DNA from: Haliotis rubra
Taxonomy: Eukaryota
DNA length: 64,000 nt
Reading direction: 5' to 3'
Assembly: GCF_003918875.1 (NCBI RefSeq)
Contig: NW_025767635.1
Coordinates: 1,302,001 to 1,366,000 of the forward strand
In this document: one piece after another, positions 63,420 to 64,000 of the stretch
Layout of the letters: each line of letters opens with the position of its first letter
How positions within the stretch are numbered: position 1 is the stretch's first letter
Notes under the pieces: model-generated
What the model was told of the DNA's origin: nothing
What the model saw: only the letters and a program-made list of their open reading frames with translations
Databases searched by the model: none
Program-made: the position numbers and the translations under genes

Positions 63420-63880
63420 AATTACCCCCTGCAACGCGTTTTGTGGGGTGTGTGTGTGTGTGGGTGTGTGTGTGTGTATTAAAATGCACTCCATGCGTCC
63501 GTGCACATTTGTCTTTTCCAGAGCTGAACTTTTAAACCGTTCAATATTTCTTCACCAAACATGGCACATAGATAGGTCTGGTGGTATACTGGTGCCTTTT
63601 GGTAGTTTTGATTTCTGATTATTATATTTTTTTGCGTTTCCATGGCAACAATTTTGACTTTGACTGGAATAGGTGCTCTTTTCCAGGTCAAAACTTTAAA
63701 ACCGTCCAATATTTCTTTACCAAACTTCTCACATAGATAGGTCTGGTGGTGAACTGGTGCCTTTTGGTAGTTTTGGATTTCTGAATAAAATATCTTTGCA
63801 TTTCCATGCCAACAAGTTTGTCTTAGACTGAATCTGGTGGTAGTGGTTTCTGGAACAGAACTTTTAAGACCTTTCAATAC
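63420..63880 (+). mobile_element. Helentron-associated (HINE-type) element 5' part
   Basis: Start ttacccc..gcaacgcgttttgtgggg, then a (TG)n microsatellite, then ~165-bp tandem units related to 56850-57478. Confidence 0.6.
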
Positions 63881-64000
63881 TCTCCTTCCACTTTTCTATA
63901 TACACACCAAAACATTTGACATAATCATAACTCGTAGACATATTCATGAAGAGTATTTTGCCATTGCTGGGGATATTGATGACTTTGTCTTCTTGTTGTT

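Overview
Eukaryotic (metazoan) genomic DNA. The SINE, Helentron-type and Kolobok-type repeats resemble those of marine molluscs such as abalone, but that is an inference. Two recognisable genes converge. One is an intact 9-exon annexin (+, 37672-43996, 336 aa). The other is ITPA (-, 49729-48138), which has an apparent frameshift in coding exon 2. A probable orphan gene lies on the minus strand (phase-compatible exons at 24962-24877, 20068-19968 and 13023-12534). The rest is about 20 minisatellite arrays (25-63 bp units) and nested mobile elements: Tc1/mariner, Rex/Babar LINE, Penelope-like, Crypton-like, Academ-like, Kolobok-like, Helentron-type and tRNA-SINEs. Three structures stand out. (1) A 2.9-kb Gypsy gag element (34388-37269) has a 5' LTR, PBS and gag, but its right end is an inverted copy of the first ~490 bp of its own LTR; it still carries a clean 4-bp TSD, verifiable against an empty site in this window. 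(2) Several minisatellites are tandem amplifications of real splice donors or acceptors and begin exactly at exon boundaries. (3) A head-to-head tRNA-Leu-like SINE pair sits inside a single 12-bp TSD. Most long ORFs in the supplied track are artefacts of stop-free tandem repeats. Coordinates were counted by eye, and array ends are approximate.
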